A stretch of DNA of 64,000 nucleotides from a virus (lineage: Duplodnaviria > Heunggongvirae > Uroviricota > Caudoviricetes). Where the stretch lies: IMG/VR virus record IMGVR_UViG_3300034283_001314; one strand, written 5' to 3'. Positions 26,690-36,357 of the stretch are shown here, piece after piece. Positions within the stretch are counted from its first letter, which is position 1; every line of letters starts with the position of its first letter. The position numbers were made by a program, and so were the translations under genes. The notes below the pieces were generated by a model. It saw only the letters and a program-made list of their open reading frames with translations. It had not been told where the DNA came from and ran no database searches.

Positions 26690-27814
26690 ATGAAACTATT
26701 TTATTGTAATGGTTATGGTGATTTGGACTTTAGTAAGTTAGGATTTAACTTATACGATATTAAGTTAAATGATTATGATTACATAAAAGATATTGAATCT
26801 GGTGATGTATTATTTATTAAATTAGATGATATTGATATACTAAATCAATTAGTAAATCCTAAACTCAAAATTACTATATTTTTATTTATCAGTCATGAGT
26901 ATTGTAATGAACATCGTAGGATTGATATAATTAAAAACAAAAATGCTAATCATTCAATATGGTTCTTAACATCACATATAGATTTTTATTCTATTGATAA
27001 TGATATGAGTTTAGAAGCTAAGATGTTTCCATTCAAAGAAGCATTTTCAGATAAAGCATATATCAATTCAATTAATAGAAATAGAAAATACAATTTTTTT
27101 AATCGTTCTATTAATCTACGCAGACTAAAGACATTTGAGATTCTAAAAAAGAAAAATATAGAATTATTAGATTGTTATTTTACATTTGGAAACATTATCA
27201 AACACAATACATTTGGTGATATAGATACAATTAAAGATTTTGTAGAATTTAGAGATAAAAAAAATAAATTGGGGATTGATGCAGATTTTATTTCAAAGTA
27301 TAAGAATGAATTTAAGTTATACGAAAATAGAGAACAGGTTGAATTAGGAATTATACAGGCATCACATTCAAACGATATGTATGATACTATAAATGAACAA
27401 TCATTAGATTCATATGTATCAATGATAATTGAAAGTAGTGGTGATATGGATGATGATTATAGATTGACGGAAAAAACATTAAGAGCTTGGTTATGTAAAA
27501 ACATTTTCTTAACTTTACAATGTAAAGGATTTACCAAATTACTTAAACAAAATGGAATAGAAACATTTGAAGATGTATTTGGTTTAGATGAAAATTGGGA
27601 TGATTGTGAGGAATTAGAAAGAATAAATAAATTCATATCAGCTTTAGAATATATAAATGGATTATCAATAGCTAAAATAGCAAGAATATACAATAAAAAA
27701 GATATAGAAGATAGAATAGATAAAAACTATAATTTTATTATGAATAGTTTTAATGATGATACAATATTAGCTGAGTTAAAAAAGAAAATTGGTTATGAAA
27801 ATAATGTTCATTAG
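26690..27814 (+). CDS. putative glycosyltransferase, fucosyltransferase-like (GT10-type motif)
   Basis: 'MIIESSGD...YRLTEKTLRAWLCKNIFL' matches the motif. It is a close paralog of 47082-48227. Confidence 0.45.
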   Translation: MKLFYCNGYGDLDFSKLGFNLYDIKLNDYDYIKDIESGDVLFIKLDDIDILNQLVNPKLKITIFLFISHEYCNEHRRIDIIKNKNANHSIWFLTSHIDFYSIDNDMSLEAKMFPFKEAFSDKAYINSINRNRKYNFFNRSINLRRLKTFEILKKKNIELLDCYFTFGNIIKHNTFGDIDTIKDFVEFRDKKNKLGIDADFISKYKNEFKLYENREQVELGIIQASHSNDMYDTINEQSLDSYVSMIIESSGDMDDDYRLTEKTLRAWLCKNIFLTLQCKGFTKLLKQNGIETFEDVFGLDENWDDCEELERINKFISALEYINGLSIAKIARIYNKKDIEDRIDKNYNFIMNSFNDDTILAELKKKIGYENNVH

Positions 27815-28499
27815 TGACACACATGGTAGTCACGAGAAAATTGATAAATTATATGGTCAATTACCATATGTAGACATTATGATTCATAGTGGGGATTGTA
27901 GTAGATATGGTGAGTTTGCAGAAACCGATTTGTTTATGGATTGGTATTCAAAACAAAACGCTAAACATAAAGTATTGATAGCGGGTAATCATGATTTTGT
28001 ATTTCAAAACAAAGAAAGAACAAAACAATTATTAGAATTAAACCCATCAGTTACTTATTTAGAAGATGAGTATATTAATATTGATGGAATTGGTATATAT
28101 GGTTCTCCATGGTCACCTATCTATGGTATGTGGGCATTTATGAAACATAGAAACAATGATATGGATGAAGTGTGGAGGAAAGTTCCAACGGATGGTAGTA
28201 TTGATATTTTAGCAACACATACACCTAGATATGGTAGATTGGATATTAGTGTAAGAGGTAATTATAATGTAGGGTGTGAGATGTTAGCAAATAGAATCAA
28301 CGATATACACCCTAAGGTCCACGTATTTGGACACATACATGAATGTGGTGGAATGATTAAGGAAGAAACCGAAGTACCGGTAAAAGGTATGGTAAGTTTG
28401 AATGCATCCCTATTAGATATTAGATACGAATTAGCTAATCCAATATGGATATGGGACACTGAAACAAATGATTGGAGTTCAATAGAAATAAAAGAATAA
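27795..28499 (+). CDS. calcineurin-like metallophosphoesterase
   Basis: 'SDTHG', 'GDCS', 'GNHDF' and 'GHIHE' match MPP motifs. The ATG at 27795 is used because the track start at 27789 is TTG. Confidence 0.65.
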   Translation: MKIMFISDTHGSHEKIDKLYGQLPYVDIMIHSGDCSRYGEFAETDLFMDWYSKQNAKHKVLIAGNHDFVFQNKERTKQLLELNPSVTYLEDEYINIDGIGIYGSPWSPIYGMWAFMKHRNNDMDEVWRKVPTDGSIDILATHTPRYGRLDISVRGNYNVGCEMLANRINDIHPKVHVFGHIHECGGMIKEETEVPVKGMVSLNASLLDIRYELANPIWIWDTETNDWSSIEIKE

Positions 28500-28641
28500 G
28501 ATATGATAATGAGTTATGTGATAGGAATCGGTTGCAGCTTTATACTGGCTGCAATCGTTTCATTTTTTTGGGTAAGAGGTATTGATAATATGAAAGAAAA
28601 TCATCCTGATTATAAGGGTGAAGATTTTTTAAATTGGAGTG

Positions 28642-29307
28642 ATGATGAAAAATAAACTTTGGGTATTTGGATGTTCGTTATCAACTGGATTTAGAGGTGC
28701 AATAATGCCGTATGATGAAAAAGATACATGGGCAGGTAAATTGGCAAATAAATTAGGGTTAGAATTAGTTAATCAAGCACACGCCGGACAATGTAATTGG
28801 GTATCTATATTACAATTTATAGATAGAAGGGATGAAATCAAAAAAGGTGATATTGTGGTATTTGAATTTACTTTCTTTGATAGATTTAACATATATCCAA
28901 CAAGAGCACAATGGGGTGATTTAGAACATTTTTTTATTAAACATCAACAATCTTTAGTTGATGCAAATAAAGAATTGAGAGATTTAAATTTTAAATGGTT
29001 TGGTAAACAAGTACATCAATGGTGTAATGATACTGAAATCCCAATTTACCTATGGTCAGTTGAAGGACAGACTCATATTGATTTTAAACGATACTTTGAA
29101 AAATATAGATTTATACCTGCTCCTAACTATACAATAGAATCACCAAACTTTTCATTTTATTATAAATGGCAAGATTTACATCCTGAACAATGGTGTTTAG
29201 AAGATGATAGACATTTTGGTGAATTAGGACATGAGAGAATGGCAAATCATTTATTTGATTGTATTAAAAATGATATACAATATACTTATAAGAAACCTGT
29301 TGTATGA
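28642..29307 (+). CDS. SGNH/GDSL-family hydrolase
   Basis: Block I 'FGCSLS'. C-terminal 'DDRHFGELGHERMA' fits a DxxH block V. The ATG at 28642 is used because the track start is GTG. Confidence 0.5.
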   Translation: MMKNKLWVFGCSLSTGFRGAIMPYDEKDTWAGKLANKLGLELVNQAHAGQCNWVSILQFIDRRDEIKKGDIVVFEFTFFDRFNIYPTRAQWGDLEHFFIKHQQSLVDANKELRDLNFKWFGKQVHQWCNDTEIPIYLWSVEGQTHIDFKRYFEKYRFIPAPNYTIESPNFSFYYKWQDLHPEQWCLEDDRHFGELGHERMANHLFDCIKNDIQYTYKKPVV

Positions 29308-30035
29308 AAGTTTTAGTTATAGGAGATAGTTGTACGGATGTATTTGTATATGGCTATTGTAAACGATTATGTCCCGAAGGACCTATACCAATATTTGAAC
29401 CGAGTAGAACAATTACAAATATGGGGATGGCGGGTAATGTAGTTGCTAATCTTAAATCATTGGGTGCAGAGAAAGTTGAATTGGTTACTAACAAAGAACA
29501 AATAACAAAGACAAGATATGTTGAGGAAAAGGCAAATCATCTAATTATTAGAATTGATAGTAATGATAAGGTTAGTAATTCATTTGATATTAAAAGAGTT
29601 CCATTTGGTGATTATGATGCAGTAATTGTAAGTGATTACGATAAGGGATATTTAACATATGATGATTTAGAAAAAATATCAGAATCACATCCACTTACTT
29701 TTATTGATACCAAAAAACCAATAAACGATAAAATGAAAGGATACTCATTCATTAAGATAAATGAGTGGGAATGGGAACAATGTAAAGATGCAAATTACGA
29801 AGATTGGAATGATAAATTAATAGTTACAATGAGTGAAAGAGGTGCAATGTATAATGGTATAACGTATCCTGTAAACAATGATATTGAAGTAAGAGATTTA
29901 AGTGGTGCAGGTGATACATTTATGGCAAGTTTAGTAATTAGTTATTTAAAAACAACAAGTATAGAACGTAGTATTCAGTTTGCAAATGATTGTGCAACAA
30001 AAGTAGTTCAAAAAAGAGGAGTAGTTACACTATGA
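29304..30035 (+). CDS. PfkB-family carbohydrate kinase (HldE/RfaE domain-I-like)
   Basis: 'MKVLVIGD...PEGPIPI' resembles the HldE N-terminus. 'LSGAGDTF' is the ribokinase-family signature. Confidence 0.55.
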   Translation: MKVLVIGDSCTDVFVYGYCKRLCPEGPIPIFEPSRTITNMGMAGNVVANLKSLGAEKVELVTNKEQITKTRYVEEKANHLIIRIDSNDKVSNSFDIKRVPFGDYDAVIVSDYDKGYLTYDDLEKISESHPLTFIDTKKPINDKMKGYSFIKINEWEWEQCKDANYEDWNDKLIVTMSERGAMYNGITYPVNNDIEVRDLSGAGDTFMASLVISYLKTTSIERSIQFANDCATKVVQKRGVVTL

Positions 30036-30202
30036 CAGATACAATAATATCTAAACTAATTAAGGATAATTTAGTTATTGAAATAACTGATAATGGTATA
30101 ATATTATCAATTAATGAAATTAATTCAATTAAAATTAATTCAATTAATGATATTACAGATGATTTAATAGCTAAATTATTAGAAAACAACAATAATAGAT
30201 AA
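30032..30202 (+). CDS. small hypothetical protein
   Basis: ATG overlaps the upstream stop (ATGA). The track start at 29990 would overlap the kinase by 46 nt. Confidence 0.35.
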   Translation: MTDTIISKLIKDNLVIEITDNGIILSINEINSIKINSINDITDDLIAKLLENNNNR

Positions 30203-30240
30203 AATCTTTATATTTATAATAAACAAAAAAGGATAAGAAT

Positions 30241-30519
30241 ATGCTACATACTGATATGTTTGATTCATTTCAAATGCAAGACAAAAACGAAGTTTTAGTA
30301 AGTCAAAACAAATATGGTGTTTTGGTTCTAAATCAAAATAATGAGTGGATTCCTACTGAAATCTATGAAGAAGATTTTCCAAAATACAATGTAATATCTG
30401 ATATTTTAGATTACGAAAATGCTGAAGATTTAAAAGAAAGTGCAGAAGAATTAGCTACTGTAATTGCACCTATGTGGCCTTTAGTAGAAGAAGTTGATAA
30501 ATTCATACCAAGTATTTAG
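30241..30519 (+). CDS. hypothetical acidic protein
   Basis: ATG ORF. Confidence 0.5.
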   Translation: MLHTDMFDSFQMQDKNEVLVSQNKYGVLVLNQNNEWIPTEIYEEDFPKYNVISDILDYENAEDLKESAEELATVIAPMWPLVEEVDKFIPSI

Positions 30520-30549
30520 TTATAATACTAAATATTTAAACTTAATACG

Positions 30550-30587
30550 ATACCATTATTCAACTTTAGAATAGTGGTATTTTTTTA
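30550..30587 (+). terminator. rho-independent terminator
   Basis: ATACCATTATT-9nt-AATAGTGGTAT followed by T7. Confidence 0.6.
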
Positions 30588-30643
30588 TACAAAATATGTT
30601 CAATAATTTTTTGAATTTATTAAAAAAATAGTTATATTTGATT

Positions 30644-30877
30644 ATGAATATCTTTAGAAAAATAAAACAATTCTTTATACCGGAGTGGCACACCTTCCTT
30701 TTGAAGAATGATGATAAACTAGAATTAAGAGTATATCGTAATGGTATACGGGTTTCTTTTACTGATTTGTATAAAACAAAAAGAGGAAGTAAAATCTTAA
30801 AAGAATATTTAGATGAACAACAAAGAAAAGAAAGTGAAAGGAAGAAAAGTAATTCAAAAGAAAGTAAAGATTTATAG
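30644..30877 (+). CDS. hypothetical basic protein
   Basis: First ATG in the ORF, because the track start is TTG. Confidence 0.45.
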   Translation: MNIFRKIKQFFIPEWHTFLLKNDDKLELRVYRNGIRVSFTDLYKTKRGSKILKEYLDEQQRKESERKKSNSKESKDL

Positions 30878-30891
30878 AAAAACTACATAAT

Positions 30892-31092
30892 ATGTTTCTA
30901 TTAAATAGACAATTGATGCGGTTTAATGATAAATTATATATCGTTAAAAAAACAATCAATGCAGAACGAATACAAGATTTGGAATTGGCAAAAAAATACT
31001 ATGGGGCCGATTATGTATTAAGACCTAAAACATCCAACGATTATATATTTTTAGAAACAATAGAAGATTTAGAATATGAAACAACCACTTAG
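30892..31092 (+). CDS. hypothetical protein
   Basis: ATG ORF. Confidence 0.45.
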   Translation: MFLLNRQLMRFNDKLYIVKKTINAERIQDLELAKKYYGADYVLRPKTSNDYIFLETIEDLEYETTT

Positions 31093-31234
31093 TCAAAAAG
31101 ATATGTTATTAAAAAACATAATGAAATCGGAAAGTAAAGTACAAAACAAAATGGGTAAAACTACAACCAATGGTAAATTAAATACCAAAGGTAATATTGA
31201 TGTAAAGGCAAAGAATAGAAAATCACAATAATAT

Positions 31235-31265
31235 TTTGTATTTGTGGTAAAATGTAGTATCTTTA
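31235..31265 (+). promoter_or_regulatory. Bacteroidetes-type promoter
   Basis: TTTG at 31235-31238 and TATCTTTA at 31258-31265. Confidence 0.4.
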
Positions 31266-31269
31266 TGAT

Positions 31270-31524
31270 ATGAAGCAATGGAATAAAAAAGTTTTCTTAA
31301 AAACAATGTTTGATGTATTGAAAGATAGCGACTTTATGGAAGGCGTTATGTTAGAGTTATTGGAATTTTATAGAGATAATACGGATGAACAAAATAGATT
31401 AGAATTTGATGAAACTATGTTAGATGATTTACTTGAAAAGAGTATTGAACTAGAATGGTATGAGGTAAGTGCAAGATTACATAAACATATTCAAAATATT
31501 AATGAAAATGTCACTACAAATTGA
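31270..31524 (+). CDS. hypothetical acidic protein
   Basis: ATG ORF. Confidence 0.5.
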   Translation: MKQWNKKVFLKTMFDVLKDSDFMEGVMLELLEFYRDNTDEQNRLEFDETMLDDLLEKSIELEWYEVSARLHKHIQNINENVTTN

Positions 31525-31717
31525 TGAGGATGGATTCTATATAATAGATGATCCTAAACAAATGAAAGAATGGTATAGAATGACAGACCTTTCACATATA
31601 GAGAGGTTAGCATTAAAAAGTGAAATGAATCCCAAACCAAAGAAAGTGGTCAAAACCACAAAGAAAATAGAAACACCGGAACAAACGGATTTCGATAAAT
31701 GGTTTAATTATAAATAA
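31502..31717 (+). CDS. hypothetical protein
   Basis: Internal ATG (MKMSLQ) is used to reduce overlap with the upstream gene. Confidence 0.4.
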   Translation: MKMSLQIDEDGFYIIDDPKQMKEWYRMTDLSHIERLALKSEMNPKPKKVVKTTKKIETPEQTDFDKWFNYK

Positions 31718-31736
31718 TTAGTATTAAAAAGAAGTT

Positions 31737-32276
31737 ATGTTTGATAAGTTAGTAGATTTATTAGTTAGATTTAGTATGGATATATTACCATTTGTTATTG
31801 TAGAACAATGGAATGGTGCAGTACAATTAAGATATGGAAAGTTTATAAAAGTATTATATCCTGGTATTCATTTTAAGATACCATTTTTTGATTCTATTGT
31901 TGAATGTCCTGTTATTACACAGTCGGTCAACTTACCCTCACAAACCCTAACTACATTAGACGAACAAAGTATTGTATTGAAATCAATTATCAGATACAAA
32001 GTAAGTAACATACAAACTTATTTATTAGGTGTGATGCACGCAAACGATGTCCTAATTGATACGACACAAGGAATGATTAGAGATGTAGTAGAGTTAACAA
32101 CATGGGATGATTTGGTGGATGTGAACGAAACAATAACCAATAAAGTAAAAGAATATGTAGTAAGGTGGGGAATAGAAGTCGAAGCAGTAACAATAACAGA
32201 TTTGGGAATTGTAAAAAGTTTCCGTATATTTGGAGATGAAGGGCATAAAACAACAATATTACCAACCGATATATAA
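31737..32276 (+). CDS. SPFH/band-7 (stomatin/prohibitin-like) domain protein
   Basis: '...QLRYGKF...PGIHFKIPFFDSIV...VNLPSQTLTTLD...VLKSIIRYKV' and 'GIEVEAVTITDL' match the SPFH core. Confidence 0.55.
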   Translation: MFDKLVDLLVRFSMDILPFVIVEQWNGAVQLRYGKFIKVLYPGIHFKIPFFDSIVECPVITQSVNLPSQTLTTLDEQSIVLKSIIRYKVSNIQTYLLGVMHANDVLIDTTQGMIRDVVELTTWDDLVDVNETITNKVKEYVVRWGIEVEAVTITDLGIVKSFRIFGDEGHKTTILPTDI

Positions 32277-32279
32277 CTT

Positions 32280-32471
32280 ATGGAAAAACAATACGCAAAA
32301 CAAATAATAGAATGGGCAGAAACAGCAAAAGAAACATTAACCCTTCGTAAAGAAATCATAATAGATGAAACTATAACTAATGAAAAATTAGGTGAGATAG
32401 TTCGTATGATGTATAACGCAAAAGTAAGAGCAGAAAACGATTCAATTGAAAGGTGTAAACAATTTATATAA
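32280..32471 (+). CDS. hypothetical protein
   Basis: ATG ORF. Confidence 0.45.
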   Translation: MEKQYAKQIIEWAETAKETLTLRKEIIIDETITNEKLGEIVRMMYNAKVRAENDSIERCKQFI

Positions 32472-33304
32472 TGAATAAACATAACATAGAAATAGTATAT
32501 AGTAATGGATGTTCACATAGTGCGGCCGGTGGATTAGAATTAGTTAGAACAATAGATGATAAAAAAACACTAATAACTGATGTTTATAAAGAAAAATATA
32601 ATGTAAGTTGGAAAACACAAGAAGATGCAACTTATATAGCACATTTAGCAACTTTATTAGGTGGAATTGAATATGTAGCAGATGCAGCAAGTGGTGGTGG
32701 TAGTGGTAGAGTAATTAGATTGGCATATGATTTTGTAAAAAGAAATTGGGATAAAAAAGATAAGTTATTTTTAGTTTTAGAGTTTCCATGTTTCTTCCAA
32801 CGAATGGATGTATTTTCAGTTAAATTAGATAGTTGGATGGTAGTAAATCAATCATTCAGTAATTCAGGCAGAAGAAATCATTTATACGCAACTAGAAAAT
32901 ACTTTTTAGATGAATTTAGTAGTGATACACAAAAAATAGATGGTGATAAAGAACTTACTACATATTTAGATAACTTTACTAGAATTGATGTTGAAGAACA
33001 AAAATTGATAAGAGAAATTGAAACATTTTTATCTTTTTTAAAATTCAATAATATTAAACACATATGGTTTGAAGGTGATAAAAGTATTCAAACCAAAATA
33101 AATCCTGATCTTTTAAAAGATGAATTGAGAATTTATGATGAACTTGGTTATCATAATGATTTCCATGGTTGGATAAGAAAACACAACCTAACTATAAAAG
33201 ATGAATTAGAAGGATTGAGTACCGATTTACATCCTGGTTATTTCGGACACAAAAAATTCGCAGATATACTATATGAACATATTAATAAAAAATATAATAT
33301 GTAA
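32471..33304 (+). CDS. SGNH/GDSL-family hydrolase
   Basis: 'IVYSNGCSHSAAGG' (block I) and 'STDLHPGYFGHKKFA' (DxHP...GH block V). Confidence 0.5.
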   Translation: MNKHNIEIVYSNGCSHSAAGGLELVRTIDDKKTLITDVYKEKYNVSWKTQEDATYIAHLATLLGGIEYVADAASGGGSGRVIRLAYDFVKRNWDKKDKLFLVLEFPCFFQRMDVFSVKLDSWMVVNQSFSNSGRRNHLYATRKYFLDEFSSDTQKIDGDKELTTYLDNFTRIDVEEQKLIREIETFLSFLKFNNIKHIWFEGDKSIQTKINPDLLKDELRIYDELGYHNDFHGWIRKHNLTIKDELEGLSTDLHPGYFGHKKFADILYEHINKKYNM

Positions 33305-33355
33305 CTGATATATAGAAAAAATATAATATGTTGAACCCTCTCAAACGCAATAGCA

Positions 33356-33386
33356 ATAGGTAGTCTTAAAAAACTACCTATTTTTG
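33356..33386 (+). terminator. rho-independent terminator
   Basis: ATAGGTAGT-cttaaaaa-ACTACCTAT followed by T5. Confidence 0.65.
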
Positions 33387-33417
33387 TTGGAAAAATGGGT
33401 ATTTTTTCGTATCTTTA
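33383..33417 (+). promoter_or_regulatory. Bacteroidetes-type promoter
   Basis: TTG at 33387-33389 and TATCTTTA at 33410-33417. Confidence 0.45.
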
Positions 33418-33442
33418 TATAGTAAACAATAAAGAATATAAT

Positions 33443-34012
33443 ATGAAAAACTTAATTATAATAGGACATCCTGATAAAAGAAGTTTTTGCTACAATGGTA
33501 TAATGAAAACTATTCAACAAACTTTAAAATTGAATAAAGAGGAAACATGTGTAGTTGATTTATACAAAGATAATATAACATTCCAATTTACAAAGGATAC
33601 TATCAAACGATATAAAGAGTTAATAACTTGGGCAGATAGAATTTATATTATATCTCCTGTTTGGTGGTTTAGATGTACACCGGCAATGGAAGCATTTTTT
33701 GACCAGATATTTACACCAGGTTTTGCATATAAGTTTACACCTGTTACAAAATTGTATGGATATCCAACACCTTTGTTAAGTAATAAGAAAGTTAGAACAT
33801 ATCTTACACATGGAGCACCTGCATTACCTGTATTAACTATGTATTTCAATTCAGTTAAACTTAGGTTGGTGATGGGTGTGTATTCATTTGTATTTGGTTG
33901 GTTTAAAACAAAGACTCGTCAATTTTGGAGTGTACCTTTTGTTTCTCAAAATGAAAGATTGGTATATTTGGAGAAAGTGAAAGAGGATATTAAGAAAGAT
34001 CTTAAATCATAA
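33443..34012 (+). CDS. flavodoxin-like fold NAD(P)H:quinone oxidoreductase-type protein
   Basis: 'MKNLIIIGHPDKRSF...IYIISPVWWFRCTPAMEAFFDQIF' is characteristic of Flavodoxin_2 (MdaB/KefF-like). The start is set downstream of the promoter. Confidence 0.55.
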   Translation: MKNLIIIGHPDKRSFCYNGIMKTIQQTLKLNKEETCVVDLYKDNITFQFTKDTIKRYKELITWADRIYIISPVWWFRCTPAMEAFFDQIFTPGFAYKFTPVTKLYGYPTPLLSNKKVRTYLTHGAPALPVLTMYFNSVKLRLVMGVYSFVFGWFKTKTRQFWSVPFVSQNERLVYLEKVKEDIKKDLKS

Positions 34013-34013
34013 T

Positions 34014-34556
34014 ATGAAGCAGTGGGTGTGTAGTATATGTAATGGTGATACATCTAATACTGATTATGATTATTTAATTGATTATGACCATATAAGTTGT
34101 CACTTAGGAGTATGGGGTGGAAAGGATGTACCAACACACAAAGATAAACTAAAAACCGGATTTATGAAAATAAAAGGTTGGGAAAAATTGAGTGGGTTTA
34201 CTTATAAAGGATATACAATCATCAATCCAATCCATAATGCAGAGGAAACAAAGTATATGGCAACAATATTAAATTTAAACTTACCACAAAAACCCAAATG
34301 GGAGTTATCGGTATTGACACCTACCCACAAATTTCTATCGGGTATGTCTAGAAATGCAGATACATTTTTTATATCAATGTGGGATGATAGAAAATTTAGT
34401 ACCACCCGCGAAATAACAAAACAAGGAATGAAGCAAATTTCATTTTTTAGAGTTACATTTGAGGAAATGATAGATGAAATATTGAAAATACAATTAACAT
34501 CAGCACCAACATATGGTAGCAGTTCATATCAAAACACACCAACAAATCCTTTTTAA
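34014..34556 (+). CDS. hypothetical protein
   Basis: ATG ORF. Confidence 0.5.
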   Translation: MKQWVCSICNGDTSNTDYDYLIDYDHISCHLGVWGGKDVPTHKDKLKTGFMKIKGWEKLSGFTYKGYTIINPIHNAEETKYMATILNLNLPQKPKWELSVLTPTHKFLSGMSRNADTFFISMWDDRKFSTTREITKQGMKQISFFRVTFEEMIDEILKIQLTSAPTYGSSSYQNTPTNPF

Positions 34557-34557
34557 T

Positions 34558-34824
34558 ATGAGATTCAAATATAAAATTAACTTAGAAATAGATGTAGATT
34601 TCGATGCACCTTTATTGGGTACTGATACTACAAAAGGCAAACGAAGCAGAACTGATATGATTGCAAAGGCGGCATTAGCTGAAATGATTAAATTCAAAAC
34701 TACGTCATATGTGGGGTTGGATAGACTGATTGATGAAGATAATTTAAAAGGAACAATCAAAGGTAGTATTATGTTACGTTCACATAAAATGTTAGATGAA
34801 GATAAAAAACTAAATAAGTTATGA
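34558..34824 (+). CDS. hypothetical protein
   Basis: ATG directly after the upstream stop. Confidence 0.45.
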   Translation: MRFKYKINLEIDVDFDAPLLGTDTTKGKRSRTDMIAKAALAEMIKFKTTSYVGLDRLIDEDNLKGTIKGSIMLRSHKMLDEDKKLNKL

Positions 34825-35060
34825 TAGTATTATTAATAGCATCATTTATGATAGGTTGGTTAGTTGGTGCAAAACAAGAACAAAAAAGACTTGCAAAATA
34901 TGGTACAATCGGTACAAAACCAAAAACACAAACCGATTATCAAAGAGAGCATGCAAAAATACCACCTTGTGTTGGACATGAATTAGAATCTCAAAAAGAA
35001 ATTGAGAAAGCAGATATTGATTTTATGTATAAGTGGATACGAGAAAAAAGCGGTAAATAA
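34821..35060 (+). CDS. small membrane protein
   Basis: N-terminal TM helix. Confidence 0.45.
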   Translation: MIVLLIASFMIGWLVGAKQEQKRLAKYGTIGTKPKTQTDYQREHAKIPPCVGHELESQKEIEKADIDFMYKWIREKSGK

Positions 35061-35329
35061 TGATAGTAATACAAAATAGTGAAGCAATTGTTAGACGTGA
35101 TTTAGAAGATGATTGGTATGTATTGAATATAAAGAAAGGTTACAATAAATACTACATTAATCTAACAAAATCCGGTGAAATGTTATTTAAAAATTGTGAG
35201 TTGAGTAGGCAAATGAATGAAGGAGGCAGTTATATGTTAAAATGTGGAACTGAATATATCTTATTAACTAAACCACAAATAGGTGATATGAAATATATTT
35301 TACAATGTTTAAATACTTTTATATGCTAA
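35060..35329 (+). CDS. member of the ML(I/K)I(K/Q)N small-protein family
   Basis: Starts 'MIVIQNSEAIV'. Confidence 0.45.
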   Translation: MIVIQNSEAIVRRDLEDDWYVLNIKKGYNKYYINLTKSGEMLFKNCELSRQMNEGGSYMLKCGTEYILLTKPQIGDMKYILQCLNTFIC

Positions 35330-35625
35330 CAATAAAGAACTACAATGTGATAAATGGAAGAACATTAGGTAACGATGGACATAAAATTGTAGGTGTTGAT
35401 GAATTACCAACACAATATACTATAATTTGTTATGATAATAAAAATCCAAGATTTACAATATGTTTAGAACGAATGGGTATCAATAATAATTATGAATTAT
35501 GGATGAGGCAACCATCACCAAAACCATCCCGTAGAGTTAAAACTAAAAGAATGTTTATACCAAAAGATGATATTAAAAACAAATGGATATTGTTAGAACA
35601 TATAGACGATTTACTACTTAAATAA
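35323..35625 (+). CDS. member of the ML(I/K)I(K/Q)N small-protein family
   Basis: The internal ATG gives 'MLTIKNYNVIN'; an alternative start is at 35305. Confidence 0.4.
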   Translation: MLTIKNYNVINGRTLGNDGHKIVGVDELPTQYTIICYDNKNPRFTICLERMGINNNYELWMRQPSPKPSRRVKTKRMFIPKDDIKNKWILLEHIDDLLLK

Positions 35626-35717
35626 TGTACGAAAAACAAACAATACTATATGTGGTGTGTATAATGATTGCATACATTTGGTATTTGTATGATACGAATA
35701 AAGATAAAAGAAAATAA
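35625..35717 (+). CDS. tiny membrane peptide (30 aa)
   Basis: TAATG overlap with the upstream stop; the peptide is one hydrophobic helix. Confidence 0.25.
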   Translation: MYEKQTILYVVCIMIAYIWYLYDTNKDKRK

Positions 35718-35718
35718 T

Positions 35719-35847
35719 ATGCATCCTTTTACAATAGTATTAATAATAGTGGGAATAGCAAATGGGTTGAATATATGGTATATGATTCGAAGTAGAAGAT
35801 TACACAATTTATGTATTAAAAGACGAAAAGAAAATAAAAAGAAATAA
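35719..35847 (+). CDS. small membrane peptide (42 aa) with basic tail
   Basis: A TM helix followed by an RRKENKKK tail, a holin-like architecture. This is speculative. Confidence 0.3.
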   Translation: MHPFTIVLIIVGIANGLNIWYMIRSRRLHNLCIKRRKENKKK

Positions 35848-35850
35848 TTT

Positions 35851-36111
35851 ATGATTAACCTAAATGAAATAATTAATGGTTGGGCAAATGTTATTAAAGA
35901 TAGAATAGGAACATTGGACCCGAATATAAAACAAATGGCAGAGAATAGATTGATATTATGTAATTCTTGTCATATGAGAATAGGGAATAGTTGTAGCACT
36001 AAAAATGTTGGAATAAACGAAATAACAAAAAAAGAAACAAACGGATGTGGATGTAATATATCTGCAAAAACTTTAAGTCCGGATAGTAAGTGCCCATTGA
36101 GTAAGTGGTAA
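35851..36111 (+). CDS. six-Cys small protein (paralog of 49828-50112)
   Basis: 'CNSCH...CS', 'GCGC' and a C-terminal 'CPLSKW'. The N-terminus 'EIINGWANVI' matches 'EIIGAWVISF' of the paralog. Confidence 0.45.
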   Translation: MINLNEIINGWANVIKDRIGTLDPNIKQMAENRLILCNSCHMRIGNSCSTKNVGINEITKKETNGCGCNISAKTLSPDSKCPLSKW

Positions 36112-36134
36112 TTAAATAATTTAAATTAAATAAT

Positions 36135-36356
36135 ATGAAAATAGAGTTTAGTATGTTCAGTAATTTCAGGTCACTAATTGGATTTGAAATAGAACGCAAT
36201 GGTGCAGTTAGAAAAGATAAAAACGATAGTCCGGTATTTCAAAGGACAGTAGAAATTACAATTGGTTTCTTATTTGGATATCTGTCACTTAACTTTGATT
36301 TGGGAAATGCGGTATCAATAGAGAAATTAATTACCGAACATAAAGATTTGTTATAG
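36135..36356 (+). CDS. hypothetical protein
   Basis: ATG ORF. Confidence 0.45.
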   Translation: MKIEFSMFSNFRSLIGFEIERNGAVRKDKNDSPVFQRTVEITIGFLFGYLSLNFDLGNAVSIEKLITEHKDLL

Positions 36357-36357
36357 T

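Noticed and set aside
30610-30640. Promoter-like TTTG-N19-TATATTTG immediately before ORF 30644
   Set aside because: The -7 element ends only 3 nt before the ATG. The predicted transcription start would therefore fall inside the start codon, so it was not reported as a promoter.
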